From the NCBI GenBank assembly GCA_032128115.1, contig JAQBHB010000017.1, positions 1-41,516 of the forward strand: a stretch of DNA of 41,516 nt, read 5' to 3'. This stretch comes from Deltaproteobacteria bacterium (GTDB lineage: Bacteria; Myxococcota_A; UBA9160; SMWR01). The notes under the pieces were generated by a model. The model saw only the letters and a list, made by a program, of their open reading frames with translations. It had not been told where the DNA came from and made no database searches. Below are positions 8,125 to 20,086 of this stretch, piece after piece. Both the position numbers and the translations under genes were made by a program. Numbering within the stretch: position 1 is the first letter of the stretch; the number at the start of each line of letters is the position of its first letter.

Positions 8125-9102
8125 TCAGGATCGCAGCGTCGCGAACAGGCGCAGGGAATCTTCCAGGCGCGCGGGGTCAACATCCGGAATGTGTCCCCGC
8201 GCGATCAGGTGCGTCATCCCCAGGCACTCTCGATGGTGCGCAATGCGCTCGCGCACCTCGTCGGGCGATCCCACCAGCGCCCAGGCGTCCACGTCGTCGG
8301 ACACCACCCGGTGGAGAGCACCCAGGGGTGCGCGGGCCAGCGCCGCGGCCTGGCGAGCCAGGGCCTCCCGGGCCTCGCGCACGTGCTGCGCGTTCTCGCT
8401 CACGAAGACGGTCCGCATCACCGGAACGGCGATGCCCTCGCCGGCTTCCGACTCGGCCAACACCTGACGGTGGTACGCATAGTTCTCCGTCAGACGCGAC
8501 AGCGGCTCGATGGGCGACGCCAGATACGGAAGCCCCAGACGCCCGGCCTGGGCCAACGCCTTCGGTCCGAACGCAGCGACCCACACGGGCGGGTGCGGAT
8601 CCTGAACCGGCGTGGGCGCCAGATGCACGGGTGTCGACTCGCCCTCCCCGTTCGAATCCCAGGCCACGGGCACGCCGCGCCAGGCGTCCAGGATCAGCGC
8701 CAGCGCCGCCTCGAAACGATCGCGCTTCTCGGCCCGGGGTACGTCGAAGGCCGCGAACAGCGCGCTGCGAAAGCCCCGCCCCACCCCCAGGATCACGCGC
8801 CCGTTCGAGAGACGGTCGAGCACCGCCACCTCTTCGGCCACATGGATGGGGTGGCGCACGGGCAACAGGAACGACGTGGTTCCCACCCGCAGGCTCGTGG
8901 TCACGGCCGCCACGGCCGCCAATCGCAGAAGCGGCGCCGGGTTCGAGCTGCGCCCGTTGAAGTGGCTCTCGGGCAGCCAGAACGACTCGATCCCCAGCGA
9001 TTCGGCCAGCACCGCCTGCTCGCCGAGCGACTCGGACGATCCGTTGCCCTCCTCGCGCCAGGGCGTGAGGCCCAGGTGGAGCTTTTCCGCCGGAGATTCC
9101 AC
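8125..9102 (-). CDS. LLM-class (luciferase-like) flavin-dependent oxidoreductase
   Basis: FWLPESHF, HPIHVAEEVAVLDRLSNGRVILGVGRG, PVQDPHPPVWVA; GTG start inferred. Confidence 0.9.
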   Translation of the reverse strand: MESPAEKLHLGLTPWREEGNGSSESLGEQAVLAESLGIESFWLPESHFNGRSSNPAPLLRLAAVAAVTTSLRVGTTSFLLPVRHPIHVAEEVAVLDRLSNGRVILGVGRGFRSALFAAFDVPRAEKRDRFEAALALILDAWRGVPVAWDSNGEGESTPVHLAPTPVQDPHPPVWVAAFGPKALAQAGRLGLPYLASPIEPLSRLTENYAYHRQVLAESEAGEGIAVPVMRTVFVSENAQHVREAREALARQAAALARAPLGALHRVVSDDVDAWALVGSPDEVRERIAHHRECLGMTHLIARGHIPDVDPARLEDSLRLFATLRS

Positions 9103-9194
9103 TCGGGCATCATGGGGGGAGCACCCGTCCGTGGCAACGCGGCCCCCTGAGAGAAGGATTTCGACCCGGGAGCGCAGCGATCGCGGGGGGATGG

Positions 9195-9208
9195 TGTAAC
9201 ATGTTCTA
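9195..9208. promoter_or_regulatory. KstR-type operator
   Basis: TGTAACATGTTCTA fits TnnAACnnGTTnnA exactly; 23 bp upstream of the steroid operon. Confidence 0.75.
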
Positions 9209-9231
9209 GTTCGAGCCCCGGGGCCCCCCAG

Positions 9232-10419
9232 ATGCACCTCGACTTCACGCCTGAGCAGCAGACCCTCAGGCGACAAATCCGACGCTATTACAAGGACTTG
9301 TTCACGCCCGACCTGCGTGCGGCGTTCGATGCCGAGCGCGAGGAGATGGGCGGGCCGGTCTTCCGCGAGATCGTGGGCCGCATGGGCAGCGACGGCTGGC
9401 TGGGGATCGGCTGGCCCGTCGAGTATGGCGGCCAGGGCCGCACCCCCATCGAGCAGTTCATCTTCTGGGACGAGACCTACCGGGCCCGGGCGCCACTCCC
9501 GATCATTCCGGTCAACACCATCGGCCCCACGATCATGCAACACGGGTCACCGGAGCAGAAGGCCGAGATCCTGCCCAGGATCCTCAAGGGCGAGCTCTTC
9601 TTCGGCGTGGGCTACACCGAACCCGGCGCGGGCACGGATCTGGCGGCGCTGCAGACGCGCGCCGTCCGCGAGGGCGACGAGTACGTCATCAACGGCCAGA
9701 AGATCTTCACCACCCACGCCCACGACGCCCATTACATCTGGCTGGCCGCGCGCACGGATCCGGACGCTCCCAAGCACAAGGGGATCTCGATGATCCTGGT
9801 GCCCACGGACTCGCCGGGCTTCTCGGTGACTCCCATCTATACGCTGGGCCGCGAGCGCACCAACGCCACCTACTACGAAAACGTGCGTGTGCCCGTGTCG
9901 AATCTCGTGGGCCCCGAGAACGGCGGATGGGGCCTGATCGTCTCCCAGCTCAACCACGAGCGCATCGCGCTGGCCACGCCGGGCTTCGCTGAGTCGCTGC
10001 TGGACGACGTGTGGCGCTGGGCCGGCGAGACGCCGGCGCCCGCTCCCGCCGAGGGCACGATGCTCGACCAGCAGTGGGTGCAGATCCATCTCGCGCGCGT
10101 GTACGCCAAGTTGCAGGCGCTGCAGGTGCTCAACTGGCGGGCGGCCTGGAAGCTCACCGAGGGCATCCCCGACATGGCAGAGGCCTCGGCCCTCAAGGTG
10201 ATGGGCACCGAGTTCTTCGTGGAGGCCTACGATCTGCTGCTGGAGGTCGTGAGCGCCGCCGGTATCGTGCTCGAGGGGGAGCCGGGTGTCCTCTTCGGCG
10301 GCCGCCTGGAAGACGCGTACCGGGGCGCCACCACGCTGACCTTCGGCGGCGGCGTGAACGAAGTGCAGCGAGACATCATCGCCATGGCCGGACTGGGCCT
10401 GCCTCGCGCCCGGCGCTAG
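9232..10419 (+). CDS. fadE29: Steroid acyl-CoA dehydrogenase, ChsE2/FadE29-like (FadE26 also similar)
   Basis: GYTEPGAGTDLA, NGQKIFTTHAHDAHYIWLA, TNATYY, TFGGGVNEVQR. Confidence 0.8.
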   Translation: MHLDFTPEQQTLRRQIRRYYKDLFTPDLRAAFDAEREEMGGPVFREIVGRMGSDGWLGIGWPVEYGGQGRTPIEQFIFWDETYRARAPLPIIPVNTIGPTIMQHGSPEQKAEILPRILKGELFFGVGYTEPGAGTDLAALQTRAVREGDEYVINGQKIFTTHAHDAHYIWLAARTDPDAPKHKGISMILVPTDSPGFSVTPIYTLGRERTNATYYENVRVPVSNLVGPENGGWGLIVSQLNHERIALATPGFAESLLDDVWRWAGETPAPAPAEGTMLDQQWVQIHLARVYAKLQALQVLNWRAAWKLTEGIPDMAEASALKVMGTEFFVEAYDLLLEVVSAAGIVLEGEPGVLFGGRLEDAYRGATTLTFGGGVNEVQRDIIAMAGLGLPRARR

Positions 10420-10447
10420 CCCACCATTCGCGAAGACGGAGACCTCG

Positions 10448-11419
10448 ATGTCGCAGACCGGGAAAGCCAAGCAGGAATTCGAAGCGAAGATCCGGGCCTA
10501 CGTGGGTGTGAAAGAGGGCCCGCCCATGCACGGGCCGGATGCCGTGAACGAACCCATGATCCGCCACTGGTGCGAAGTGCTCGGCGACCAGAACCCGGCG
10601 TATCTCGATCCAGACGACGCCGCGCGCTCGGCCCACGGGGGCCTGGTGGCGCCGCCCACCATGCTCCAGGCCTGGAGCCTGCCCGGCTATCCCATGCACG
10701 ATCCCGCGACCCTGCCCTCGAACAAGCAGCGCGAACTCCACGCCCTGTTCGACGCGCACGGCTACACCGGTGTGGTGGCCACGGACACCGAGCAGGAGTA
10801 CACGCGCTACCTGCGCCCCGGCGACCGGGTCATCGCCGACACCACCCTCGAGTCGATTTCGGAAGAGAAGGCCACGGCGCTCGGCATCGGGTACTTCATC
10901 ATCACCCGCACGATCTTCAGCGACCAGAACGGCGACGAGCTGGGCTGGATGACGTTCCGGGTGCTCAAGTTCAAGCCGCAGCAGCAGCCCCAGGTGCAGC
11001 CCGACGCGGCCGCCCCGTCGCTGCCCACCCGCATCAAGAGCCCCCGCGGCCACGACAACGGCTGGTGGTGGGAAGCCGTGGATCAGGGCCACCTGCTGAT
11101 CCAGAAGTGCAGCGAGTGCGGCGCGCTTCGCCATCCGCCGCGCCCCATGTGCGGGAAGTGTCAGTCCACGAGCTGGGAGGGCGTACCCTCGTCGGGGGAG
11201 GGCACCGTCTACAGCTTCACGGTGCTCCACCATCCGCCGATCCCGGGTTACGACTTCCCGTGCCCGGTCGGACTGATCGATCTGGCGGAAGGCACGCGCA
11301 TCGTGGCCAACATCGTGGGGTGCGACCCGGAAGACATCAAGATCGGGATGAAGGTCGAGTGCCGCATTGAAGACGCGGACGAAACCATGAAACTCCCCTT
11401 CTTCTACCCGGTGGGCTGA
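10448..11419 (+). CDS. chsH2: ChsH2-like MaoC dehydratase fused to DUF35 Zn-ribbon/OB-fold
   Basis: VNEPMIRHW..APPTMLQAW; CSECG..HPPRPMCGKC. Confidence 0.85.
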   Translation: MSQTGKAKQEFEAKIRAYVGVKEGPPMHGPDAVNEPMIRHWCEVLGDQNPAYLDPDDAARSAHGGLVAPPTMLQAWSLPGYPMHDPATLPSNKQRELHALFDAHGYTGVVATDTEQEYTRYLRPGDRVIADTTLESISEEKATALGIGYFIITRTIFSDQNGDELGWMTFRVLKFKPQQQPQVQPDAAAPSLPTRIKSPRGHDNGWWWEAVDQGHLLIQKCSECGALRHPPRPMCGKCQSTSWEGVPSSGEGTVYSFTVLHHPPIPGYDFPCPVGLIDLAEGTRIVANIVGCDPEDIKIGMKVECRIEDADETMKLPFFYPVG

Positions 11420-11423
11420 CCCG

Positions 11424-12527
11424 ATGGATTTCCGCTTCACCGAAGAGCAGGAGAGCCTGCGCGAGCTGGCGCGCGAGATCCTCGGCAACGAGGTGACCCC
11501 CGAGCGCATCAAGGACGTGGAAGCCGCAGGCGACGGCTTCGATCGCGAGACCTGGGCGCGACTGGCCGAGGCGAACCTGCTGGGACTGGCGGTGCCCGAG
11601 GCCCACGGCGGCATGGGCATGGGCCTGATGGAGCTGTGCGTGCTGCTCCAGGAAACGGGCCGCGCGGTGGCATCCGTGCCGGTGATTCCGTCGCTCGTGC
11701 TTGGCGGCCTTCCCCTGGCGCAGTTCGGGAGCGAAGCCCAGCAGGAGCGCTGGCTCTCGCCCCTGGCTCACGGCGAGGCGGTGCTGACGGGCGCCTTCCA
11801 CGAAGGCGCCCCGGTGCAGGCCCGCGCCGAGGGCAGCGGGTGGCTGCTCGACGGCGAATGCCGCTTTGTATCTGCCGTGCATCTCGCGCAGTGCGTACTG
11901 GTGCCGGCGCAGACGTCTGCGGGCGAGGCCATTTTCCTGGTGGATCCCGAGGCCGCCGGCGTGTCCCGCGTACGGCGCCAGACCTCGCGCAAGCATCCCC
12001 TGTTCGACCTGGTGTTCGACGGCGTGCAGGTGGCCCGTGGCGACGTGCTCGAAGGCCCCGCCATCGGCGACTGGATCCGCGAGCGCGCCGCCGTGGCGTA
12101 CGCGGCCCAGCAGATCGGCGTGTCCGAGCGCGCCCTCGAGATCACCACCGGATACGTGAAGCAGCGCGAACAGTTCGGGGCGCCCCTGGGAGCCCTGCCC
12201 GCCGTGCAACACCGCTGCGCCGATTGCTACATCGACCTCGAATCCATGCGCTGGGTCACCTGGAACGCGGCCTGGAAGCTGGCCGAGGGCCGGCCCGCCG
12301 CGCGCGATGCGGCGGTGGCCAAGTTCTGGGCCGCCGACGCCGGTTCGCGCATCGCGACCGCCACCCAGCATCTGCACGGTGGAATCGGCGTCGATCTAGA
12401 CTACCCGATCCACCGCTACTTCCTGTGGACCAAGGCGCTGGAACTCGCCCTGGGATCGGCGACGCCCCAGCTCGTGAAACTCGGACGCGACATGGCCCGA
12501 ACCGGGCCGCCAGAGGAGCCCGCATGA
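11424..12527 (+). CDS. Acyl-CoA dehydrogenase partner subunit (FadE28/FadE27-like)
   Basis: MDFRFTEEQ, REQFG, QHLHGGIGVDLDYPIHRY. Confidence 0.85.
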   Translation: MDFRFTEEQESLRELAREILGNEVTPERIKDVEAAGDGFDRETWARLAEANLLGLAVPEAHGGMGMGLMELCVLLQETGRAVASVPVIPSLVLGGLPLAQFGSEAQQERWLSPLAHGEAVLTGAFHEGAPVQARAEGSGWLLDGECRFVSAVHLAQCVLVPAQTSAGEAIFLVDPEAAGVSRVRRQTSRKHPLFDLVFDGVQVARGDVLEGPAIGDWIRERAAVAYAAQQIGVSERALEITTGYVKQREQFGAPLGALPAVQHRCADCYIDLESMRWVTWNAAWKLAEGRPAARDAAVAKFWAADAGSRIATATQHLHGGIGVDLDYPIHRYFLWTKALELALGSATPQLVKLGRDMARTGPPEEPA

Positions 12528-12937
12528 ACGACAAGAAGCCCATCTCCGAGGCCCGGGTGGGGGAGACCCTGCCCGAGCTGACGATTCCCATCACGGCGAG
12601 CCTGGTGGTGGGTGGCGCACTCGCCTCCCGCGATTTCACACCGGTGCACCACGACCGGGCCGCGGCCAACGCCGCCGGCATGCCGGATGTGTTCATGAAC
12701 ATCCTCACCACCAACGGGCTCGTGGGCCGCTACGTCAGCGACTGGACCGGCCCCGACGCCGCCATCCGCAACATTGCAATCAAGCTCGGTACGCCGAATC
12801 TTCCCGGCGACAGCATGACCTTGCGCGGCACGATCACGTCGCGCGAGGGCGATGAGGTGCAGGTGGAGGTCGTGGGCGTGAATTCCTGGGGCAATCACGT
12901 GACGGGCCGTGTCCTCGTGGCCGCGGCGCCCCGGTAG
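12524..12937 (+). CDS. chsH1: ChsH1-like MaoC enoyl-CoA hydratase subunit
   Basis: ALASRDFTPVHHDR..DVFMNILT; ATGA overlap. Confidence 0.85.
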   Translation: MNDKKPISEARVGETLPELTIPITASLVVGGALASRDFTPVHHDRAAANAAGMPDVFMNILTTNGLVGRYVSDWTGPDAAIRNIAIKLGTPNLPGDSMTLRGTITSREGDEVQVEVVGVNSWGNHVTGRVLVAAAPR

Positions 12938-12948
12938 CGGAGCCCAGC

Positions 12949-15304
<2,356 letters not shown>

Positions 15305-15321
15305 GAAGGACGAGGATCACC

Positions 15322-16242
15322 ATGAGCAACGAACTCGAGGGGAAGGTGGCTGTCGTCACCGGTGCGGCCCACGGGCTGGGGCGCATCCACGCGCTGAATC
15401 TCGCCGCCATGGGCGCACGCCTGGTGGTGAACGATCTGGGCACCGCCGCCGACGGCAGCGGCCGCGACGAGGAGCCCGCCCGCAAGGTGGTGGACGAGAT
15501 CAAGAGCGCCGGCGGCGAAGCCGTGGCCCACTTCGGCGACGTGGCCGACTGGAATTCGTCCCAGGCCATGATCCAGACCGCCATCGACAGCTTCGGCGAC
15601 CTGAACATCCTGATCAACAACGCGGGTTTCACCCGCGACGGCACGATTTTCAACATGACAGAGGATCAGTTCGACTCGGTGATCCGGGTGCACCTGAAGG
15701 GACATTTCTGCCCCACCAAGTTCGCGTGCGACTACTGGCGCGGGAAGTCGAAGAGCGCCGGCGGACCCGTCTACGGGCGCCTGCTAGGTACGGCCTCGGA
15801 ATCGTTCATGTTCGCCCCGCCCGGGCAGCCCAACTACTCGGCCGCGAAGGCCGGCATCGTCTCGCTGATGATCGGCTGCGCCTCCCTGATGCAGAAGTAC
15901 GGTGTGACCTCCAACGTGGTGCTGCCCCGGGCGCGCACGCGCATGACGCTCACGGGTCCCACGGCCGCGATCTTCCAGAAGCCCGAGGAGGGATTCGACA
16001 ACTTCGCGCCCGAGAACTCCTCGCCGCTGTTCAGCTACCTGGCCACGCCTCGGGCCGAGCGCATCTCGGGCTACGTGTTCGTGGTGTGGGGCAAGCAGGT
16101 GCGGATCGTCGACCGCCCCGCGCCGGGCCACAGCTTCGACAGCGAGGAGCCCTGGAACGTGGACAACCTGCACCGGGCGCTCGGTCCCCATTTCGAGAAG
16201 CTCGAGCCGGTCAAGGATGGCTACACTGTCCCGGCGGCCTAG
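15322..16242 (+). CDS. SDR 3-hydroxyacyl-CoA dehydrogenase (Hsd4A/ChsB1- or Rv3548c-like)
   Basis: TGAAHGLG, NNAG, VHLKGHF, YSAAK. Confidence 0.88.
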   Translation: MSNELEGKVAVVTGAAHGLGRIHALNLAAMGARLVVNDLGTAADGSGRDEEPARKVVDEIKSAGGEAVAHFGDVADWNSSQAMIQTAIDSFGDLNILINNAGFTRDGTIFNMTEDQFDSVIRVHLKGHFCPTKFACDYWRGKSKSAGGPVYGRLLGTASESFMFAPPGQPNYSAAKAGIVSLMIGCASLMQKYGVTSNVVLPRARTRMTLTGPTAAIFQKPEEGFDNFAPENSSPLFSYLATPRAERISGYVFVVWGKQVRIVDRPAPGHSFDSEEPWNVDNLHRALGPHFEKLEPVKDGYTVPAA

Positions 16243-16268
16243 ATCGGCCCAGGGGAGATACCGTCGCG

Positions 16269-16727
16269 ATGGAAACCAAACCCTTCACGTCCACCCAGGA
16301 GCGGATCGGCCACCACGCGGTGCGCGCCATGGGCGCGGCCAACACCTGGATCTACCGCCTCACGGGCGGCAAGCTGGGCGGTCGCTTCCTGCGCGGCGCT
16401 CCAGTGCTGCTCCTCACGACTACCGGGCGCAAGTCGGGCAAGCCCCGCACGTCGCCGCTGCTCTACCTGCGGGACGGCGAGAACCTCGTGGTAGTGGCCT
16501 CCGTGGGGGGAATGTCCCACCACCCGGTCTGGTACCTGAATCTCGAGGCGAATCCCGACGTGACGATCGAAATCGGGAGCCAGAAGACGCTGATGCGGGC
16601 ACGCCGCGCCACGGACCAGGAGAAGACTGAAATCTGGCCCAGACTCGTCACCATGTACCGCGACTACGACGACTACCAGGCACGCACCGACCGCAACATC
16701 CCGGTCCTGATCCTCTCGCCCCGCTAG
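16269..16727 (+). CDS. Deazaflavin (F420)-dependent nitroreductase family protein (Ddn-like)
   Basis: LLLTTTGRKSG..R..PL, VASVGG..HPVWYLNL.ANP, YQARTDRNIP. Confidence 0.9.
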   Translation: METKPFTSTQERIGHHAVRAMGAANTWIYRLTGGKLGGRFLRGAPVLLLTTTGRKSGKPRTSPLLYLRDGENLVVVASVGGMSHHPVWYLNLEANPDVTIEIGSQKTLMRARRATDQEKTEIWPRLVTMYRDYDDYQARTDRNIPVLILSPR

Positions 16728-16729
16728 CC

Positions 16730-17125
16730 GTGGCCGACGAGTTCCTCCAGGTCTACGACCTCAAGCGCGACCGCGAGTACGTGGAGCGCGTCCAGAAGGC
16801 CTGTGTGGAGAAGAGCGAGTTCGCGCTCGCGGACGGCCACGGCTTGTTCGGCTCGGCTGCGTGGTGGGACGCCGTCCACCGGGGAGCCCTGCCCATCCGG
16901 CGCGTGGAGGGCACCATCGTCCAGATCTCGAAGCAGGCCGGCTGGCCCGAGTTCGAGCTCGATTCGGGCGGCGAGCGCTCCACCTGGGCCCTGGACGGCA
17001 GGGTCGAGTCCTACAAGCTGGGCAAGCAGGCGCGGGTCGAGCTGGTGACCCAGGAGTTCCTGAAACCCCGGTCCGAATCCGAGCGGGAGACGCCCATCGT
17101 GATCGGCATCTGGGTAGAGCCCTGA
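16730..17125 (+). CDS. Hypothetical protein
   Basis: 131-aa ORF starting 2 nt after ddn, operon-like codon usage. Confidence 0.7.
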   Translation: MADEFLQVYDLKRDREYVERVQKACVEKSEFALADGHGLFGSAAWWDAVHRGALPIRRVEGTIVQISKQAGWPEFELDSGGERSTWALDGRVESYKLGKQARVELVTQEFLKPRSESERETPIVIGIWVEP

Positions 17126-17406
17126 GGCGGAATCTCTGGCGTGCGCCGGTGTATCTCCTGCTGGCCGGGGCGGCAGCCTGCGCCCATGGCTCCGAGCCGC
17201 TGGGGCCCCCGCCCGAGTACGTGCGCGAAGGCAGCTCGTGGGCTCCCGAGGAACTGAATCGCGACCTCCTGGCGTGTCTCGACCGGGCCCATGAGAGCGC
17301 GATGCTGGCCTATGGCCGCCGCGGCGCCCGGGATGAGATTCTGTGGCACGCGCTTCGCGATGGAACCACGAACTGCATGAGTGAGAGGGGCTGGGCGCTT
17401 CGTTGA
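17122..17406 (+). CDS. Putative small lipoprotein (start CTG 17122 or GTG 17149)
   Basis: LLLAGAAAC lipobox-like signal; overlaps upstream stop. Confidence 0.55.
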   Translation: MRRNLWRAPVYLLLAGAAACAHGSEPLGPPPEYVREGSSWAPEELNRDLLACLDRAHESAMLAYGRRGARDEILWHALRDGTTNCMSERGWALR

Positions 17407-17431
17407 GCGCCCGGGCACGGGGAGGAACGGC

Positions 17432-17644
17432 GTGAGGAAGTGGATTGCGCTCTGCGCTTGTCTCGTGGCCACCGCCGGATGTGCGATGACGACCCAGGAA
17501 ATCACGCGCATCCAGGTGGAAAACGAGCTGCTGCGCGAGCAGGTGAGAATCATCCGCGAGAACTGCAGTTACTACCGCGACCTGCAGCTCGAAGTCGAGG
17601 AAGAGCCCACAGCTTCTGGAGGTGGGGACGGGGTTGACTATTGA
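17432..17644 (+). CDS. Putative small lipoprotein with coiled coil; last codons lie in the transposase inverted repeat
   Basis: GGAGG RBS, MRKWIALCACLVATAGC. Confidence 0.65.
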   Translation: MRKWIALCACLVATAGCAMTTQEITRIQVENELLREQVRIIRENCSYYRDLQLEVEEEPTASGGGDGVDY

Positions 17645-18717
17645 CTTTCCTCGCGCGCTGGAATCGGCGGGGCTGAGCGGGTAACTTGAGACCACCCCCT
17701 CCGGTCCCGTCGGAGTGAGTCGATGCCTCGGCAGGCTCGACGAGACGCGCCCGGTGCCGTCCATCATGTGATGCTGCGCGGGATCGAGCGGCGGCCCATT
17801 TTCCTCGACGACACCGACCGCACGGATTTCCTCGTCCGGCTCGAGAAACAGGTAACCGATGGTGGGTTCGCCTGTTTCGCGTGGGCGCTGCTGCCGAACC
17901 ACGCGCATCTGATGCTGCGGACCGGCTGCAGGCCGCTCAGCAGCTCCATGCGTCGCCTCAACACGGGATACGCGCGGGCCTTCAACCTGCGCTGGCAGCG
18001 CAACGGCTATCTCTTCCAGGATCGCTTCGGCTCGATCCTGGTGGACGACGAGGCCTACCTGAGAGTGCTCCTCGGCTACGTTCATCTGAATCCCCTTCGC
18101 GCTGGGCTGGTGCGGTCTCTCGACGACCTGGAGCGCTATCCGTGGGCGGGACACGCCCGATTGATGGGCGCGGAGCCGCCAGGCTTCCAGGCGGTATCTG
18201 AAGTGCTCAACTGGTTCTCTCCGAACGCCGAGACGGCGCGACGCGAGCTATGCGGGTGGATGGCGCAGGGTCTGCGCGGACCCGGCGACGACACCGCACT
18301 CGCGCTGTCAACCCGGAAAGAGCCCGGATGCGTGCAGGCGCCTCGCCTCGCGGTTGCGGCGTCTCCCGGCGCCGCCCCGGATGTCCGCCCGGTAGACATC
18401 CGGGCGAACCTACGACGAACGCAGGGATGGACGATCGAGCACCTCGCGGCCTGGGTGTGCGCGACTCTGGGGGCCGATAGAGCAAGCGTCCGGCGGGGCG
18501 ATCGAACCCGGCTCGAGAGTCAGGCGAGGGCGGTGATCGGGCTCCTGGCGATACAAGAGCTGGGTTGCACGGTGTTCGAAATCAGCCGCTTTACCGGGGT
18601 GACGAGCGGGGCCATCAGCCGCGCGATCCGGCGCGGGGAAGCCATCGCTCGGGACCTCGGAATCGTGCTGCCCGAAATCCCGGATCGGGAAAAAAGTCAA
18701 TAGTCAACCCCGTCCCC
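17624..18717. mobile_element. Y1 transposase element bounded by perfect 25-bp inverted repeats
   Basis: GGGGACGGGGTTGACTATTGACTTT at 17624-17648 and exact reverse complement at 18693-18717. Confidence 0.8.
17723..18703 (+). CDS. RAYT/IS200-like Y1 HUH transposase with C-terminal HTH (DnaA_C-like)
   Basis: MPRQAR..HHVMLRG, LLPNHAHL (HUH), FQDRFGS, YVHLNPLRAG, YPW. Confidence 0.9.
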   Translation: MPRQARRDAPGAVHHVMLRGIERRPIFLDDTDRTDFLVRLEKQVTDGGFACFAWALLPNHAHLMLRTGCRPLSSSMRRLNTGYARAFNLRWQRNGYLFQDRFGSILVDDEAYLRVLLGYVHLNPLRAGLVRSLDDLERYPWAGHARLMGAEPPGFQAVSEVLNWFSPNAETARRELCGWMAQGLRGPGDDTALALSTRKEPGCVQAPRLAVAASPGAAPDVRPVDIRANLRRTQGWTIEHLAAWVCATLGADRASVRRGDRTRLESQARAVIGLLAIQELGCTVFEISRFTGVTSGAISRAIRRGEAIARDLGIVLPEIPDREKSQ

Positions 18718-20086
18718 GCCCAGGGTCCCCGCTCGGGCGGGGGCGATCGTCGAGGAGGCGGCGGATGCGGGTGTGCTCGGCCTGTGTGAGTCCGAAGCGC
18801 AGGAACATCAGGGTGCCCGCCAGGTAGCAGCCTCCGGGCACCAGACCGAAGAGCACCCGCATGCCCGTTTGTGTGGCCTCCGATTGCGCCACGTTGGGCT
18901 CGTAGCCCACGACGCCGAGCATGATCCCCGTGAGCATGGCGGCGATGCCGCCCGCGCTCTTGCGCACGAAGTTCCAGACGGCGAAGTACATGCCCTCCTT
19001 GCGCTCTCCCGTCATGTATTCGTCGTAGTCGATCACATCGGCCTGGATCGAGGGGCCCACCACCTGACCGCATCCGCCGCCAATGCCCGCCACCAGACCC
19101 ATGGCGCTCACGAAGACCACGTCGCCCTCCCGGACGAAGAACATGGATCCGAAGGCAACGGTCATGGCCGACATGGAAAAGACCCACAGGGTCTTCTTGC
19201 CGATGCGCTGCGACACGCGGATCCAGAGCGGCGCAAGCAGTATGGTGGGTACGATGTAGAGCAGGATGAATACCGGAGTGAGGTTCGGGGCGCCCACGAT
19301 GTATTGCATCACGTAGGTGATCAGCACACTGATGATCGCAGTGCCGAAATTTTCGATCAGGAATACCGTGAGAAGCAGACGGGCGTGTCGATTGCGCAGC
19401 ACGTCGCCGAACGATCGCCGCAAGGACGTACCCCCGCGCGTCTGATGGTCGGAACGCTCCTGCACCCGCGACACCGCCCACGCGATCAGCACGGGGATCA
19501 CCAGCCCAACGGCGACCGCCTGGGTGATCGCCAGGGGACGCCCCAGGCTGCCCCTGGGGATCAGCAGCGCCATCACCCCGATGGCCAGCAACGACCCCAT
19601 GCCCTGCAGGGCGTGCTTGTAGCCGAAGATCCGGGTTCTCTCGTGATGGTCGAGGCTGAGCTCGGCGGCCAACGACTCGTGAGGCACCGAGAGCATGGTG
19701 GTGGCGGTGAAGTAGAGAAAGAGGCCCGAGGCGACCCAGGCCACCAGAGCCATCCCGTCGAGGGTTAGCGGTGTGCTCCACATCCACACGTAGGTCACGC
19801 CCATCGGGATCGCCGAGGCCAGCATCCAGGTGCGGCGGCGGCCGTGTCGCGAGCGGGTGCGGTCCGAGGCGTAGCCCACCAGCGGGTCCGACACGGCGTC
19901 CCAGAAACGCGACGCCCCGAAGATCAGCCCCATGGCCACGGGAGACATCAGGAGTACGTCGGTCGTGTACTTGGGGAGGTAGAGCGTCGCAAGGAACCAG
20001 GTGAAGCCCAGGCCGGCCGACGGCAGACCGAAGATCAGGACGGTCGAGAGCGGCAGACGCGCTTCGGGGGACCCGCCCTCGGACAC
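18704..20086 (-). CDS. MFS transporter, GPH (glycoside-pentoside-hexuronide) family
   Basis: DAVSDPLVG..SDRTRSRHGRRR, ADVIDYDEYMTGERKEG. Confidence 0.92.
   Translation of the reverse strand: MSEGGSPEARLPLSTVLIFGLPSAGLGFTWFLATLYLPKYTTDVLLMSPVAMGLIFGASRFWDAVSDPLVGYASDRTRSRHGRRRTWMLASAIPMGVTYVWMWSTPLTLDGMALVAWVASGLFLYFTATTMLSVPHESLAAELSLDHHERTRIFGYKHALQGMGSLLAIGVMALLIPRGSLGRPLAITQAVAVGLVIPVLIAWAVSRVQERSDHQTRGGTSLRRSFGDVLRNRHARLLLTVFLIENFGTAIISVLITYVMQYIVGAPNLTPVFILLYIVPTILLAPLWIRVSQRIGKKTLWVFSMSAMTVAFGSMFFVREGDVVFVSAMGLVAGIGGGCGQVVGPSIQADVIDYDEYMTGERKEGMYFAVWNFVRKSAGGIAAMLTGIMLGVVGYEPNVAQSEATQTGMRVLFGLVPGGCYLAGTLMFLRFGLTQAEHTRIRRLLDDRPRPSGDPGRGRG

Noticed and set aside
17610..18730. Target-site duplication around the Y1 element
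   Set aside because: Flanks (TCTGGAGGT / GCCCAGGGT) show no direct repeat at the junctions
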